Assembly (NCBI GenBank): GCA_031423845.1
Contig: JANPGD010000054.1
Location: forward strand, 1,058-65,057
Direction of reading: 5' to 3'
Length of the DNA: 64,000 nucleotides
Origin: Hyphomicrobiales bacterium
GTDB lineage: Bacteria; Pseudomonadota; Alphaproteobacteria; Rhizobiales; Aestuariivirgaceae
Part shown: one piece after another, positions 19,411 through 29,863 of the stretch
Position numbering within the stretch: the first letter of the stretch is position 1
Layout: every line of letters begins with the position of its first letter
The notes under the pieces: generated by a model
Told to the model about the DNA's origin: nothing
The model's database searches: none
What the model saw: the letters and a program-made list of their open reading frames with translations, nothing else
Position numbers and translations under genes: made by a program

Positions 19411-20424
19411 ATGATCAAATATCTTCTCAAGCGCGCAGCTCTCACGCTGCCCACTTTTATTGCCCTTATGTTCGTCACCTTCACGATGATCCGCCTGGTT
19501 CCCGGCGATCCTATTGAGGTGCGCCGGGGCGAGCGCGGAATTTCGCCGGAACGCTTGGCCGAGCTGCGCCATGTGATGGGCCTTGATCAACCTGTCTGGA
19601 AGCAGTTTCTCGATTATGTCTGGGCCTTGCTGCATGGTGATTTTGGTACGTCGATCGTTTCCAAAACTCCGATCACTACAGAATTTTTCACGCTGTTTCC
19701 GGCCACTGTAGAGCTCACTATGTGTGCTATGTTGTTTGCGGTGATCATCGCAGTGCCAGCAGGTGTCATCGCCGCAGCAAAGCGCGGTAGCATTTATGAT
19801 CAGTCGATGATGGGTGTGGCTTTAGTGGGTTATTCCATGCCGCTATTCTGGTGGGGCCTCATGCTCATCCTGTTGATGTCCAACACCCTGCACCTCACAC
19901 CTGTTTCTGGTCGCGTCGATCTCATTAAATATTTCTATCCGCAAGTCACCGGATTCTTCCTGATTGATTCAGTTTTGTCGGGTCAGAAAGGCGCATTCCT
20001 GGATGCTGTGCGCCACCTCATTTTGCCCACCATTGTGCTGGGCACAATTCCTTTGGGGGCCATTGCCCGCATGACGCGATCTTCGATGTTAGAAGTTCTT
20101 GAAGAAGATTATGTGAGGACTGCACGCGCTAAAGGGCTTTCTGTTTTTCGTGTGATCGGTTTTCATGCGCTTCGCAATGCGCTCATCCCTGTGGTCACGA
20201 TGATTGGAGTGCAGCTCAGCTTTCTGCTGGCGGGTGCGGTTCTCACGGAGACTATTTTTTCGTGGCCGGGTGTGGGCAATTGGTTGATCCATTCCATAGA
20301 ACGCCGAGATTATCCCGCCTTGCAAGGCGGCATTATGTTGATTGCCAGTTTGGTGATCGTGCTGAACTTTATAATGGACATGCTCTATGGCCTGATCAAT
20401 CCGAGGATCCGCCATGGTCGTTGA
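19411..20424 (+). CDS. dppB: Dipeptide ABC permease
   Basis: PGDP, RSSMLEVL.EDYVRTARAKG, RDYP, NPRIR. Confidence 0.94.
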   Translation: MIKYLLKRAALTLPTFIALMFVTFTMIRLVPGDPIEVRRGERGISPERLAELRHVMGLDQPVWKQFLDYVWALLHGDFGTSIVSKTPITTEFFTLFPATVELTMCAMLFAVIIAVPAGVIAAAKRGSIYDQSMMGVALVGYSMPLFWWGLMLILLMSNTLHLTPVSGRVDLIKYFYPQVTGFFLIDSVLSGQKGAFLDAVRHLILPTIVLGTIPLGAIARMTRSSMLEVLEEDYVRTARAKGLSVFRVIGFHALRNALIPVVTMIGVQLSFLLAGAVLTETIFSWPGVGNWLIHSIERRDYPALQGGIMLIASLVIVLNFIMDMLYGLINPRIRHGR

Positions 20425-21304
20425 AGCGCTTAATCCGGCACCACCCAGCGCCTTGCGCGCTTTCTGGTATTCCTTCCGCGAAAATCGTGGTGCAGTCATT
20501 GGCGCCATTATCGTTGGTTTAGTGATTCTGTGCGCGATTTTTGCAAATGTGTTGGCCCCTTACGATCCGCTTGAACAATTTCGAGGCTTCACCAAACTGC
20601 CACCTGTATGGGTTGAGGGCGGCACGTGGAAATATCCATTAGGCACCGATCCATTGGGACGTGATATGCTCTCGCGCATACTTTATGGATCGCGCATTTC
20701 GCTGTTCATCGGCTTGTCCATCATGGTGGTCTGCGCCTTCATCGGCACCTGCCTTGCATTGCTCGCAGCGTTTGTCGGTGGCATTGTTGATGTGATTATT
20801 ATGCGCATCATGGATTTGATTTTGGCCATTCCTGATTTGGTTTTGGCTATTCTTATCATTGCCGTCATCGGCCCCAATCTCACCAACACCATTATCGCAA
20901 TCACCATTGTGTATCTTCCGCGGTTTGTCATCCTGGTGCGAGCGACTGCGCTTGGTGAACTGAGCAAGGATTATGTGACCGCAGCAAAAGTCGCTGGCGT
21001 TGGCCCGTGGCGCTTGATGTTCAAGACCGTATTGCCAAATTGTGTTGCGCCCCTGATCGTTCAAGCAGCCCTTGGTGTTTCTGACGCCATTCTTGAAGCT
21101 GCGGCTTTGGGTTTCTTAGGTCTTGGCGCGCAGCCGCCACTGCCTGAATGGGGTTCCATGCTGGCTGATACGCGTGATCTCATCACCTCAAACCCGTGGG
21201 TTATGGCACTGCCCGGCATTGCCATTCTCATCACTGTGCTGGCCATCAATCTCATGGGTGATGGCTTGCGTGACGCGCTTGACCCACGCCTGCGGAGAAG
21301 CTGA
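20414..21304 (+). CDS. dppC: Dipeptide ABC permease
   Basis: LGTDPLGRD, FLGLGAQPP.PEWG, GDGLRDALDP. Confidence 0.94.
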   Translation: MVVEALNPAPPSALRAFWYSFRENRGAVIGAIIVGLVILCAIFANVLAPYDPLEQFRGFTKLPPVWVEGGTWKYPLGTDPLGRDMLSRILYGSRISLFIGLSIMVVCAFIGTCLALLAAFVGGIVDVIIMRIMDLILAIPDLVLAILIIAVIGPNLTNTIIAITIVYLPRFVILVRATALGELSKDYVTAAKVAGVGPWRLMFKTVLPNCVAPLIVQAALGVSDAILEAAALGFLGLGAQPPLPEWGSMLADTRDLITSNPWVMALPGIAILITVLAINLMGDGLRDALDPRLRRS

Positions 21305-21307
21305 GCC

Positions 21308-22261
21308 ATGGCCCTTCTCGAAATCCAAAATCTCACAGTTGAATTCAAAACCTCCAGTGGCGCATTCCGTGCAGTGGATGGCGTATCCATGAACGTGGAT
21401 GCGGGCGAAGTGCTAGCGGTTGTTGGTGAATCCGGTTCCGGAAAATCCGTAGCCATGTTGGCCGTGATGGGGCTTCTGCCATGGACCGCTAATGTGACAG
21501 CTGACCGCATCAACTTTGATGGTCGCGATCTTCTGAACATCTCTCCCGAGGATCGCCGCAAAATCACTGGCAAAGATATGGCGATGATTTTTCAGGAGCC
21601 GATGACCAGCCTCAACCCCTGTTTCACTGTGGGCTTTCAATTGATGGAGGCGATGCAAACTCATCTTGATCTCGACAAAGTTCAGCGCCGCAAACGCGCG
21701 ATTGAACTTCTTGAAGAGGTGGGCATTCCGGCCCCTGAAACACGCCTTTCATCATACCCGCATCAACTTTCCGGCGGCATGAGTCAGCGGGTGATGATTG
21801 CCATGGCTTTGGCCTGCAATCCGAAACTGTTAATTGCCGATGAACCCACCACCGCGTTGGATGTCACCATTCAAGCGCAAATTCTCGAACTGCTCACATC
21901 CCTACAAAAAGACAAAGGCATGGGTCTAGTGTTGATCACGCATTCGATGGGCGTTGTCGCTGAGACCGCTGAGCGGGTGAGCGTGCAATATGCTGGCCAA
22001 AAAGTGGAGGAACAGCCCGTAGCAGGATTATTCGCGACCCCGCGCCACCCTTATACATCCGCATTATTATCGGCCCTGCCAGAGCGCGCCACAGGCCGCA
22101 GGTTGCCCTCTATTCAAGGCGTGGTGCCGGGTCAGTTTGATCGACCCAAGGGCTGCTTGTTTGCGCCCCGCTGCACCTTTGCAACTGATCTATGTCGGTC
22201 AACACCACCCACAATGCACTTGGGCGCACTGTGTCATTATCCTTTGGGTAAAACAGCATGA
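21308..22261 (+). CDS. dppD: Dipeptide ABC ATPase
   Basis: [29 protein letters not shown]. Confidence 0.94.
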   Translation: MALLEIQNLTVEFKTSSGAFRAVDGVSMNVDAGEVLAVVGESGSGKSVAMLAVMGLLPWTANVTADRINFDGRDLLNISPEDRRKITGKDMAMIFQEPMTSLNPCFTVGFQLMEAMQTHLDLDKVQRRKRAIELLEEVGIPAPETRLSSYPHQLSGGMSQRVMIAMALACNPKLLIADEPTTALDVTIQAQILELLTSLQKDKGMGLVLITHSMGVVAETAERVSVQYAGQKVEEQPVAGLFATPRHPYTSALLSALPERATGRRLPSIQGVVPGQFDRPKGCLFAPRCTFATDLCRSTPPTMHLGALCHYPLGKTA

Positions 22262-23220
22262 CCCAGATTCTCAACGCCCAAAATCTCACGCGCTATTATA
22301 GTATTTCACGCGGGCCATTCAGCGAAGCAGCCACACTTAAAGCTGTCGACGGTGCAAGCTTCACGTTGGACCGAGGAAAAACACTGGCAGTTGTCGGCGA
22401 GTCAGGCTGTGGAAAATCGACGCTAGCCCGATTGGTGACGATGATAGAACCACCAACCTCAGGCACCTTAAATATCGCGTGCAAAGATATTGTTGGAGCA
22501 AGTTCAGAGACCCTGCGCGGTCTTCGCCCTAAAGTGCAGATCGTTTTTCAAAATCCCTATGGTTCGCTCAACCCGCGCCAAAAAATTGGGGCCATTCTCG
22601 AAGAGCCTCTGTTGGTTAATACCAACCACACTAAAGCCGAGCGCACCGAAAAAGCCCGTGCGATGATGGTGAGTGTGGGTTTGCGCCCGGAGCATTATGA
22701 GCGTTACCCCCACATGTTCTCCGGCGGCCAACGCCAGCGCATTGCTATCGCGCGGGCCCTGATGCTTGAACCTGAAGTGCTGGTGTTGGATGAACCCGTA
22801 TCGGCCCTTGATATTTCAATTCAAGCCCAAGTGCTAAACCTGCTGGCTGATCTGCAAGAAAAACATAATCTCGCATATTTGTTCATCAGCCATGATCTTT
22901 CCGTGGTGAAGCACATCGCTGATGATGTGATGGTGATGTATTTGGGCCGCGTGGTGGAACAGGGCACCCGCGACGCAATATTTGCCAATCCGCAGCACCC
23001 TTATACCAAGGCCTTGCTGTCGGCTACACCAACGCCTGATCCTATGAGAAAACGCGAGCGTATGATTTTGAAGGGCGAGTTGCCATCACCGCTCAATCCA
23101 CCGTTGGGCTGCACCTTTCATCCGCGCTGCCCTATTGCATTTGAAAAATGTCACACGGTCAATCCAGAATTCAAGCAACACGGAAAAACTTTCGCTGCCT
23201 GTCACGCGCTAGATATCTAG
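22258..23220 (+). CDS. dppF: Dipeptide ABC ATPase
   Basis: [37 protein letters not shown]. Confidence 0.94.
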   Translation: MTQILNAQNLTRYYSISRGPFSEAATLKAVDGASFTLDRGKTLAVVGESGCGKSTLARLVTMIEPPTSGTLNIACKDIVGASSETLRGLRPKVQIVFQNPYGSLNPRQKIGAILEEPLLVNTNHTKAERTEKARAMMVSVGLRPEHYERYPHMFSGGQRQRIAIARALMLEPEVLVLDEPVSALDISIQAQVLNLLADLQEKHNLAYLFISHDLSVVKHIADDVMVMYLGRVVEQGTRDAIFANPQHPYTKALLSATPTPDPMRKRERMILKGELPSPLNPPLGCTFHPRCPIAFEKCHTVNPEFKQHGKTFAACHALDI

Positions 23221-23940
23221 GGCTTCGATATTCACGAATGCTGAGCGCAAAGCTTTTGACCATTCCGTAGATAGCATTTTGAAATAAGGGTCATCCAAAC
23301 CAATGCGCTTGGTGTGTTCGATTTTCAAACTATCTACCTCATAGGTGAGCAGATCAATTGGTAGGCCTACGCTGAGGTTCGAACGCAAGGTGGAATCGAA
23401 TGATACGAGGATCATTTTTGCGGCGTCGCCTAAGCCCATGTCACTGCGGGCCACACGGTCCAAGATTGGTTTGCCGTATTTATGTTCACCGATCTGAAAA
23501 AATGGTGTGTCCGGCGTGGCTTCAATAAAATTTCCAGCGGCATAGATGTTAAACAGACGAGGGCGTTCGTTACCGACCTGACCGCCAAATATAAAGCTTG
23601 CAGCAAAGGCTTCACCATTGGCCGTGAGAAAGCCTTCATCGCTAGCCTTAACTGAGCGCACCGCATTGCCAACCACTAAAGCGGCTTGAAACATAGTGAC
23701 GGCAGATTTCAACGTGTCGCCGGTTTCAGGAGGGTGGGCAATTTGCTCCGACAACATGCTGGTCACAGCTTGTGTCACCGCCAGATTGCCAGCGGTGAGC
23801 AAAACAAAAATTCGGTCACCCGGAAATTCCCATGTGAAAAGTTTTTTGAACTTGCCCACATTGTCCACACCGGCATTGGTGCGCGTGTCCGCTGCCATGA
23901 CGAGGCCTTTTTCTAAAAGCATTCCAACACAATAAGTCAT
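23209..23940 (-). CDS. Proteasome-type Ntn protease (Anbu)
   Basis: MTYCVG...DTRTNAGVD, AGNLA.TQ, QIGEHKYGKPILDR, SNLSVGLPID; N-terminal Thr. Confidence 0.92.
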   Translation of the reverse strand: MTYCVGMLLEKGLVMAADTRTNAGVDNVGKFKKLFTWEFPGDRIFVLLTAGNLAVTQAVTSMLSEQIAHPPETGDTLKSAVTMFQAALVVGNAVRSVKASDEGFLTANGEAFAASFIFGGQVGNERPRLFNIYAAGNFIEATPDTPFFQIGEHKYGKPILDRVARSDMGLGDAAKMILVSFDSTLRSNLSVGLPIDLLTYEVDSLKIEHTKRIGLDDPYFKMLSTEWSKALRSAFVNIEALDI

Positions 23941-23966
23941 AAAACTGATTCCAAATCCATTCCGGT

Positions 23967-24785
23967 CTACTGTTGCGCAATCTCGACCCGAACTTCAACT
24001 GTCATGTGTTCGTCACTGGGGCTGCCGCGCCGTGAGCCTTTTATCGGAGCAACCGCCGCCGCATCAAGCCCCGCTGCAACCCGCACATAATGCTCAGTGG
24101 GGCATTGGCCATTGGCGGCATCAAACCCAACCCAACCTAAATCAGCCACCAACAATTCCGCCCAAGCATGGGACGCAACCGACGAGGCACCCACCCCTGT
24201 CACCAAATAACCCGTTACATAGCGCGCCGGAATACCAAGGTGGCGAGCCATGCTGATCATCACATGGGCATGGTCTTGGCACACGCCGTGCCCAACCACA
24301 AAAGCCTCCGCTGCAGTTGTGTGATAGTCAGAAGTTCCGACTTCGTAAGTGATTTTTTCATTCACAAATTTCATCAAACTGTGGGCTTGTTCAATTCCTG
24401 AACCATTCAAGTTTAATTTCTTGCACGCTAATTTTAGAGCTTCATCAGGCATGGTGACAGCTGTTTGGCGCAAGAATACTGTATCGGGTGCCATGCAGCT
24501 GAGCCCACGCACCACGCCGGCAGAATCCTGCGTATCAACTTCACCAACCGCGATGATTACATTTTCCAACCCAAGATTTTGTGCGGTGACGAGATGAATC
24601 CAATTTCCAAATCCATCGACATAGACCAGTGCTTTATCTATGCCAGCTGTGGTGATTTTCCAATTCACGGCCTTCTGCGATGCAAAATCCGCTGGCTGTA
24701 AGTGCAATCGCTGCACCAGATAACTGGATTTTGCATCATATTTATAGTGAGTTTCATGATGGATTTTGATGCGCATGATTTTCAC
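23967..24785 (-). CDS. Transglutaminase-like protein
   Basis: GVCQDHAH, ARYVTGY, HAWAE, FDAAN (Cys-His-Asp triad). Confidence 0.92.
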   Translation of the reverse strand: MKIMRIKIHHETHYKYDAKSSYLVQRLHLQPADFASQKAVNWKITTAGIDKALVYVDGFGNWIHLVTAQNLGLENVIIAVGEVDTQDSAGVVRGLSCMAPDTVFLRQTAVTMPDEALKLACKKLNLNGSGIEQAHSLMKFVNEKITYEVGTSDYHTTAAEAFVVGHGVCQDHAHVMISMARHLGIPARYVTGYLVTGVGASSVASHAWAELLVADLGWVGFDAANGQCPTEHYVRVAAGLDAAAVAPIKGSRRGSPSDEHMTVEVRVEIAQQ

Positions 24786-25729
24786 GGAAAATTATAAGTC
24801 TGGCTGATGGCGGCCGACAAGTTTGTGTTGGTGGTGATGAATTTGCGTAGATATTCATGCAAGCCACTTTGGAAAATATCTTCCATTTTTCCAGACCGTA
24901 GCCGCGCCAAAGATTCTGCAATCATATCGTGGCAGACGTATTTTTGCCCATGCAAATTGGCCAAGCCTTCTAATGCAGTGTTGATCCACTGATGGCTAAA
25001 CACCAGTGAGCGTGGCATTTCTTCGCGCAAAATCAAAAACTCCGCAACCAGCCAAGGCCGATAGCGACTATCCCTATAAAACCAACGATAAGATCGATGC
25101 GCCGATACGCTGCGCAAAATCTGCGCCCATTGCTGCATGTCTAAATCACTGCCCACATCGGAAGGCTTGGGTAGCAGAATGAAATATTTCACATCAAGAA
25201 TGCGCGCCGTATTATCCGCCCGTTCAATAAAATTGCCGAGCTGGCTGAAATAATAATTTTCATTGCGCAACATCGTGCCAAGCACCGCACCGCGAAATGA
25301 CATGGATCGATGTTTCACCCATTCGAGAAAAACTGGCAATCGATCCGAAGTAAGTTCGGAAGGTTTCACCGTTAACAATTCATTCCACGTGGAATTGATG
25401 CTCTCCCATACGTCGCGGGTCAGCGCTGTTCGCACCGCGCGGCCATTATCACGCGCGGCATGTATAACAGATTTGATACTCGAAGGATTGCTCTCATCAA
25501 AAATTAGAAAATCGACAACCTTGGCGGCAACGATATCATCATGCTTGGCGTTATAAGTGTGTTCGCAAGCCGCACTCATCAAGGTTGATCGCCATTCATC
25601 ACGGTGACCTTCCACAGCCCCCGGCATAAGCGAAATGCGGTGCCCCACTTCCAGCAAGCGTGCCATATTTTCGGCGCGCTCCATATAGCGCGACATCCAA
25701 TAGAGCGAAGAAGCGGTACGTCCGAGCAT
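24782..25729 (-). CDS. Alpha-E domain protein (DUF403)
   Basis: LYWMSRYMERAENMARLL and a second IERADNTARILDVK repeat. Confidence 0.92.
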   Translation of the reverse strand: MLGRTASSLYWMSRYMERAENMARLLEVGHRISLMPGAVEGHRDEWRSTLMSAACEHTYNAKHDDIVAAKVVDFLIFDESNPSSIKSVIHAARDNGRAVRTALTRDVWESINSTWNELLTVKPSELTSDRLPVFLEWVKHRSMSFRGAVLGTMLRNENYYFSQLGNFIERADNTARILDVKYFILLPKPSDVGSDLDMQQWAQILRSVSAHRSYRWFYRDSRYRPWLVAEFLILREEMPRSLVFSHQWINTALEGLANLHGQKYVCHDMIAESLARLRSGKMEDIFQSGLHEYLRKFITTNTNLSAAISQTYNFP

Positions 25730-27144
25730 CAGTCCTCCAGAACCCAAGTGTCTTTTGTGCCGCCGCCTTGGCTGGAATTCACCACCAACGAACCTTCCTT
25801 CAAAGCCACACGCGTGAGGCCGCCGGGTGTGATGCGAATTTGGTCACCCGACAAAACAAAGGGCCGCAAATCAACATGGCGTGGTGCCACACCTGAAGCC
25901 GTGTAAGTTGGCACTGACGAAAGAGCCAATGTGGGTTGTGCAATATAGTTTGTTGGACGCTGTTTGAGTTTGGCGCGGAAAGTTTCAATCTCCGCCTTGG
26001 TCGACGTTGGTCCCACCAACATGCCGTAACCACCAGAGCCATGAACCTCTTTCACCACCAGTTCTTCCAGATGATCAAGCACATAAGACAATGATTCCGC
26101 CTCACCGCAGCGCCAAGTGGGCACGTTTTTCAGCAGCGGTTTTTCGCCTGTGTAAAATTCAATCACATCGGGAATGTAAGTGTATATGGATTTGTCATCG
26201 GCAATGCCGGTGCCCGGTGCATTGACAATTGTCACGCGACCTGCACGATAAAGATCAATAAGCCCCGGCACGCCAATCGAAGAATCTGGACGGAACGACA
26301 GGGGGTCAAGATAATCATCATCGATCCGGCGATAAACCACATCCACCCTTTTAGGGGCTTGCGTGGTGCGCATGTAGAGATAGCCATCCGACACAAACAG
26401 GTCACCACCCTCGCACAGCTCCACACCCATCTCGTCGGCCAGAAAGGCATGTTCAAAAAATGCCGAATTGTAAATTCCAGGAGTGAGGATGACGATCGTC
26501 GGGTCACCGTTGCAACCAGCAGGCGCCACACTTTCCAATGTCTTACGCAGCAATGCCGGATAATTATCAACGGGGGCCACACGTTGTTTTGAGAAGAGAT
26601 CGGGAAACAAATGCATCATGGCCTCGCGGCCTTCGAGCATATAGGACACACCTGAGGGGGTGCGGCAGTTGTCTTCCAAAACATAGAATTCATTTTCAGC
26701 AATGCGCACAATATCGATGCCGATGATATGAGCATAAATGCCGCGCGCCGGATTTACGCCAACCATCTCCGGCACAAAGGCGGCATTCTGCGTAATGATT
26801 TCATGGGGTATCCGCCCCGCCCTAATAATTTCTTGGCGATGATAAATGTCATGGAGGAAGGCGTTTAAGGCTCGCACCCGCTGCTCAATGCCTGCCGATA
26901 GCCTGCGCCATTCCAACGCTGAAAACACCCGCGGAATAATATCAAACGGAATAAGGCGCTCGGATGCAGCACCATCACCATAAACTGAAAAAGTTATGCC
27001 TTGTCTGCGGAAGATGTTTTCGGCCTCGCGCTTGGCGCGCTCAACATCAGTGATGCTGAGTGTCTCTAGCCATTGCTCAACACTAGCATATGGTGCTCGC
27101 ACAGCGCCCTTGCCTAAACCCATTTCATCAAAAAGCTTAACCAT
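25729..27144 (-). CDS. Circularly permuted type 2 ATP-grasp protein
   Basis: IPFDIIPR, VLEDNCRTPSGVSY, YRRIDD, GSGGYGM, VVNSSQGGGTKDTW. Confidence 0.94.
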   Translation of the reverse strand: MVKLFDEMGLGKGAVRAPYASVEQWLETLSITDVERAKREAENIFRRQGITFSVYGDGAASERLIPFDIIPRVFSALEWRRLSAGIEQRVRALNAFLHDIYHRQEIIRAGRIPHEIITQNAAFVPEMVGVNPARGIYAHIIGIDIVRIAENEFYVLEDNCRTPSGVSYMLEGREAMMHLFPDLFSKQRVAPVDNYPALLRKTLESVAPAGCNGDPTIVILTPGIYNSAFFEHAFLADEMGVELCEGGDLFVSDGYLYMRTTQAPKRVDVVYRRIDDDYLDPLSFRPDSSIGVPGLIDLYRAGRVTIVNAPGTGIADDKSIYTYIPDVIEFYTGEKPLLKNVPTWRCGEAESLSYVLDHLEELVVKEVHGSGGYGMLVGPTSTKAEIETFRAKLKQRPTNYIAQPTLALSSVPTYTASGVAPRHVDLRPFVLSGDQIRITPGGLTRVALKEGSLVVNSSQGGGTKDTWVLED

Positions 27145-27238
27145 TCAATACCCCAGAATTGCAGTGTGGTTCCAATGTGAGGGTGTTGGCAAGTACAAAT
27201 TTGTCACAAGCCCTAGTTGACGGTTTTTTTAAGAGAAC

Positions 27239-27314
27239 TGGTGCTGCTTAGGTGACTCGAACACCTGACCCCCGCATTACGAATGCGGTGCTCTACCAAC
27301 TGAGCTAAAGCAGC
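27239..27314 (-). tRNA. tRNA-Thr (CGT)
   Basis: GCTGCTT...AAGCAGC-ACCA, anticodon arm CCGCA-TTCGTAA-TGCGG, GTTCGA. Confidence 0.97.
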
Positions 27315-27358
27315 AATGCGCGGAAAGTATCTGCTTTTTGAGCAGAGTTCAACCGCTT

Positions 27359-28756
27359 CTACTCGACTCCAGGGTCGTCGGGAGCGCGCATTGTTTCTAC
27401 AGTTTTTTGTTCGGTCGCCTTTGTCGTGAGCAATGGCGATTCGACTGGTGCCGACACTTGCCAATGACCGCTTGAAAGCAGCTCAAACGGCGGTTTCCAC
27501 TCGCATGGTACGATTTCTCCCGTCACAGGAGAAACGGGAGTCCAGCGCGTTGAGGCTACTCCATCAGAAACCCACACGGGGTCACGCGGTGCATGCAGCG
27601 AACGCGCCAGCCATTCGCGGCTGCGGCCTCTATCGTCTGCTGCATCTTCAATCTCGGCCATCAAACCACACATCCGGGCTTGTGGTTTGTTGTCGACCAA
27701 TGGCTCCAGCGTTGAACGTGCAACATCAAACCGTTTGGCGTTAATGGCGGCCCGCGCGAATGCATAAGCGGCTTCTAAGTTTTCACCGGGCTTGCCAACA
27801 AGATCGCGCACCCGTTCAAAGCGCTCGTCAGGACCATCAGTCGATTTAGCGTTAGCCATCACTTCTGCGAGCTGAGAGTGTGGGGTAAGGCCCCATGTAG
27901 TGCGCAATATCTTGTTAGCTTTGCGCTGATTATTATCAGCCACATAACAGCGTGCGGCCACCAAGGCTGCAGGCACCAAACTGGCATCTAAACTGTGAGC
28001 TTGAACGGCTAATGCCAAAGCCCGTTCACGGTTGTTATCTTCTTCCACCAAAGCCTGCGCTGTCAATAAAGCGGCCTGTTTTTTTGTCGCTTCGTCGCGC
28101 GGCAACAAACCAACTTTGGCCTGATTGGCAATTGTAGCGGCGGCGGCGGCCCAATCTTTGGCGGCAGTTTGAACTTGCAACACAGCAGTGGACGCCCATG
28201 GAAGACGCGGATTTTTTACCAAGGCCCGATCGGCAATACTGCGCGCCATGGCCCAATCGCCAGCTTGTTTGGCTTCAGCGAAAAGGCCGCGCAAACCGAG
28301 CAGTTCAGTTTCAGGAGACTTCGTCATTTCCTCAAACGCTCGTTTCACACCAACGCGGTCACCCTTTAATTGTGCCGATTGTGCGATGAGCAGGGTGATA
28401 AGCGGCTCATGTTTTAACGTTTCACCAGCAATGTTCGCATGGCGGGCTGCGGCTTGCGCATCACCGGCACCAGCTGCGATGATGCCCCGCGAAAGTGAAT
28501 CATAAGCTTTGCGATGTTTACGAAAGCGCAAGCTTTCGCGCACTGCAGTTGGGCTGCGCCAGATGCGTTGGGTGACACGCCACACAAAATAGAGCACGGC
28601 CATTGCTGCCGCAAGCAGCACCACGCCTACCAAAACTGAGAGATGAATTTCACGGCCCAGCCATTGAATTGTAATGCTGCCCGGACGGTCAGCAAGCCAA
28701 GCGAATGTCACTGCAGCCAAGATGAGAAGTGAAAATCGCCACAGCAGCTTGATCAT
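27359..28756 (-). CDS. hemY: HemY-like TPR membrane protein
   Basis: WLADRPG N-terminus, two TM helices, TPR-like helices, W.PVSPVTG; last gene of the hemCD-COG4223 operon. Confidence 0.88.
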   Translation of the reverse strand: MIKLLWRFSLLILAAVTFAWLADRPGSITIQWLGREIHLSVLVGVVLLAAAMAVLYFVWRVTQRIWRSPTAVRESLRFRKHRKAYDSLSRGIIAAGAGDAQAAARHANIAGETLKHEPLITLLIAQSAQLKGDRVGVKRAFEEMTKSPETELLGLRGLFAEAKQAGDWAMARSIADRALVKNPRLPWASTAVLQVQTAAKDWAAAAATIANQAKVGLLPRDEATKKQAALLTAQALVEEDNNRERALALAVQAHSLDASLVPAALVAARCYVADNNQRKANKILRTTWGLTPHSQLAEVMANAKSTDGPDERFERVRDLVGKPGENLEAAYAFARAAINAKRFDVARSTLEPLVDNKPQARMCGLMAEIEDAADDRGRSREWLARSLHAPRDPVWVSDGVASTRWTPVSPVTGEIVPCEWKPPFELLSSGHWQVSAPVESPLLTTKATEQKTVETMRAPDDPGVE

Positions 28757-28761
28757 TAAAC

Positions 28762-29859
28762 TCAGCCCTTCGCAGCTATTTCGCGCAGCACAGCGCTTGA
28801 AGTTTTATCCAATGCTTGTTCAAGGCTCAATCTTAACGCAGCCCTGTCATGCCACTGTTGCAATTCGGCTGGCAATGCACCTTCGGATTGCTCCAATAAT
28901 GTAATAGCCTTTTGCAAATCTCCTCGCTCTGCCAAACCTGCGCATTCGGTCGCCAGCTGTTGCCAGTCGGCAATTCCAACGGTTTTAATTGTAACGAGGC
29001 CCGACATCATATTAACAGCTGAACCCCACCAACTTTCATCTTGTGGTGACGATGCTGAATCCACTTTCGGAAGCGTGGGGATGATGGCCTTGAGTTCGAC
29101 GCTAAGGCGCTGCGCAGTGGGCAGGCCCGTTACTGCTTGCGCTTGCAAAATATCGAGCCCTTCAGCAGCAGGCACCATGCGGGCAATGCGGCCAACTTCA
29201 TCGGGGTATGCTGCACCACCTGCGACTTTTGCCTTAAGGTCAGCCAAGGATTGCGAAAGTAAAGCGGTATCGGCTTTGGCTGTGCCGCCTGTCGCCTTCA
29301 AGCTCGCCACATCTTTTTCCAATCGATCAATGCGGCCCGAGAGACTCGATGTATCCACGCCGCCTGAAATTTGCGGCGCTCCGCCGGTCGCAATTTTTGA
29401 TTTCAAATCATCGACGGTTGCTGCGGCGGCAACCAAAGATTTTTCTAGCGTTGCAATACTATTTTTGGTGGTTGTCGATTCAAGCATCAATTCACCGGAC
29501 TGCTTTTTAGCCAATTCAGCGGCACTGAGGGCAGCACCCAATTGCGATTTCAGTTCATCGGTGAAACCGACAACGGCTTCCAGTTTGTCGCCCTGCGCTT
29601 TGCTTGTGTCTTCCAGTGTTTTGATTCGCGCCGCCACGGCTTGTGTTTGATCAGACGGCAGATAATTTGCGAGCAGGTCACGGTAAATCCAGCCGCCACC
29701 CACAGCGCTGGCTGCAACAAGCAGCGCAGCCACGCCAACTTGGGCGCGTTTACGTGACGGTTTGGGCGCTGCCGCTTTCTCATCGGCATTATGCTCGATG
29801 ATATCTTCAGGTGAAATGTCGATGATGTCGGATTGATTTTCTGTATTGGTCATGGTCAT
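28762..29859 (-). CDS. COG4223 / alphaproteobacterial Mic60 (mitofilin-like) protein
   Basis: N-terminal TM, long coiled coil, C-terminal LV.I and W...A..R; syntenic between hemD and hemY. Confidence 0.8.
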   Translation of the reverse strand: MTMTNTENQSDIIDISPEDIIEHNADEKAAAPKPSRKRAQVGVAALLVAASAVGGGWIYRDLLANYLPSDQTQAVAARIKTLEDTSKAQGDKLEAVVGFTDELKSQLGAALSAAELAKKQSGELMLESTTTKNSIATLEKSLVAAAATVDDLKSKIATGGAPQISGGVDTSSLSGRIDRLEKDVASLKATGGTAKADTALLSQSLADLKAKVAGGAAYPDEVGRIARMVPAAEGLDILQAQAVTGLPTAQRLSVELKAIIPTLPKVDSASSPQDESWWGSAVNMMSGLVTIKTVGIADWQQLATECAGLAERGDLQKAITLLEQSEGALPAELQQWHDRAALRLSLEQALDKTSSAVLREIAAKG

Positions 29860-29863
29860 TCAC

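Noticed and set aside
27160-27175. Sigma54 promoter for the ATP-grasp/Anbu operon (TTGGAACCACACTGCA, minus strand)
   Set aside because: GG-to-GC spacing is 9 nt rather than the required 10.
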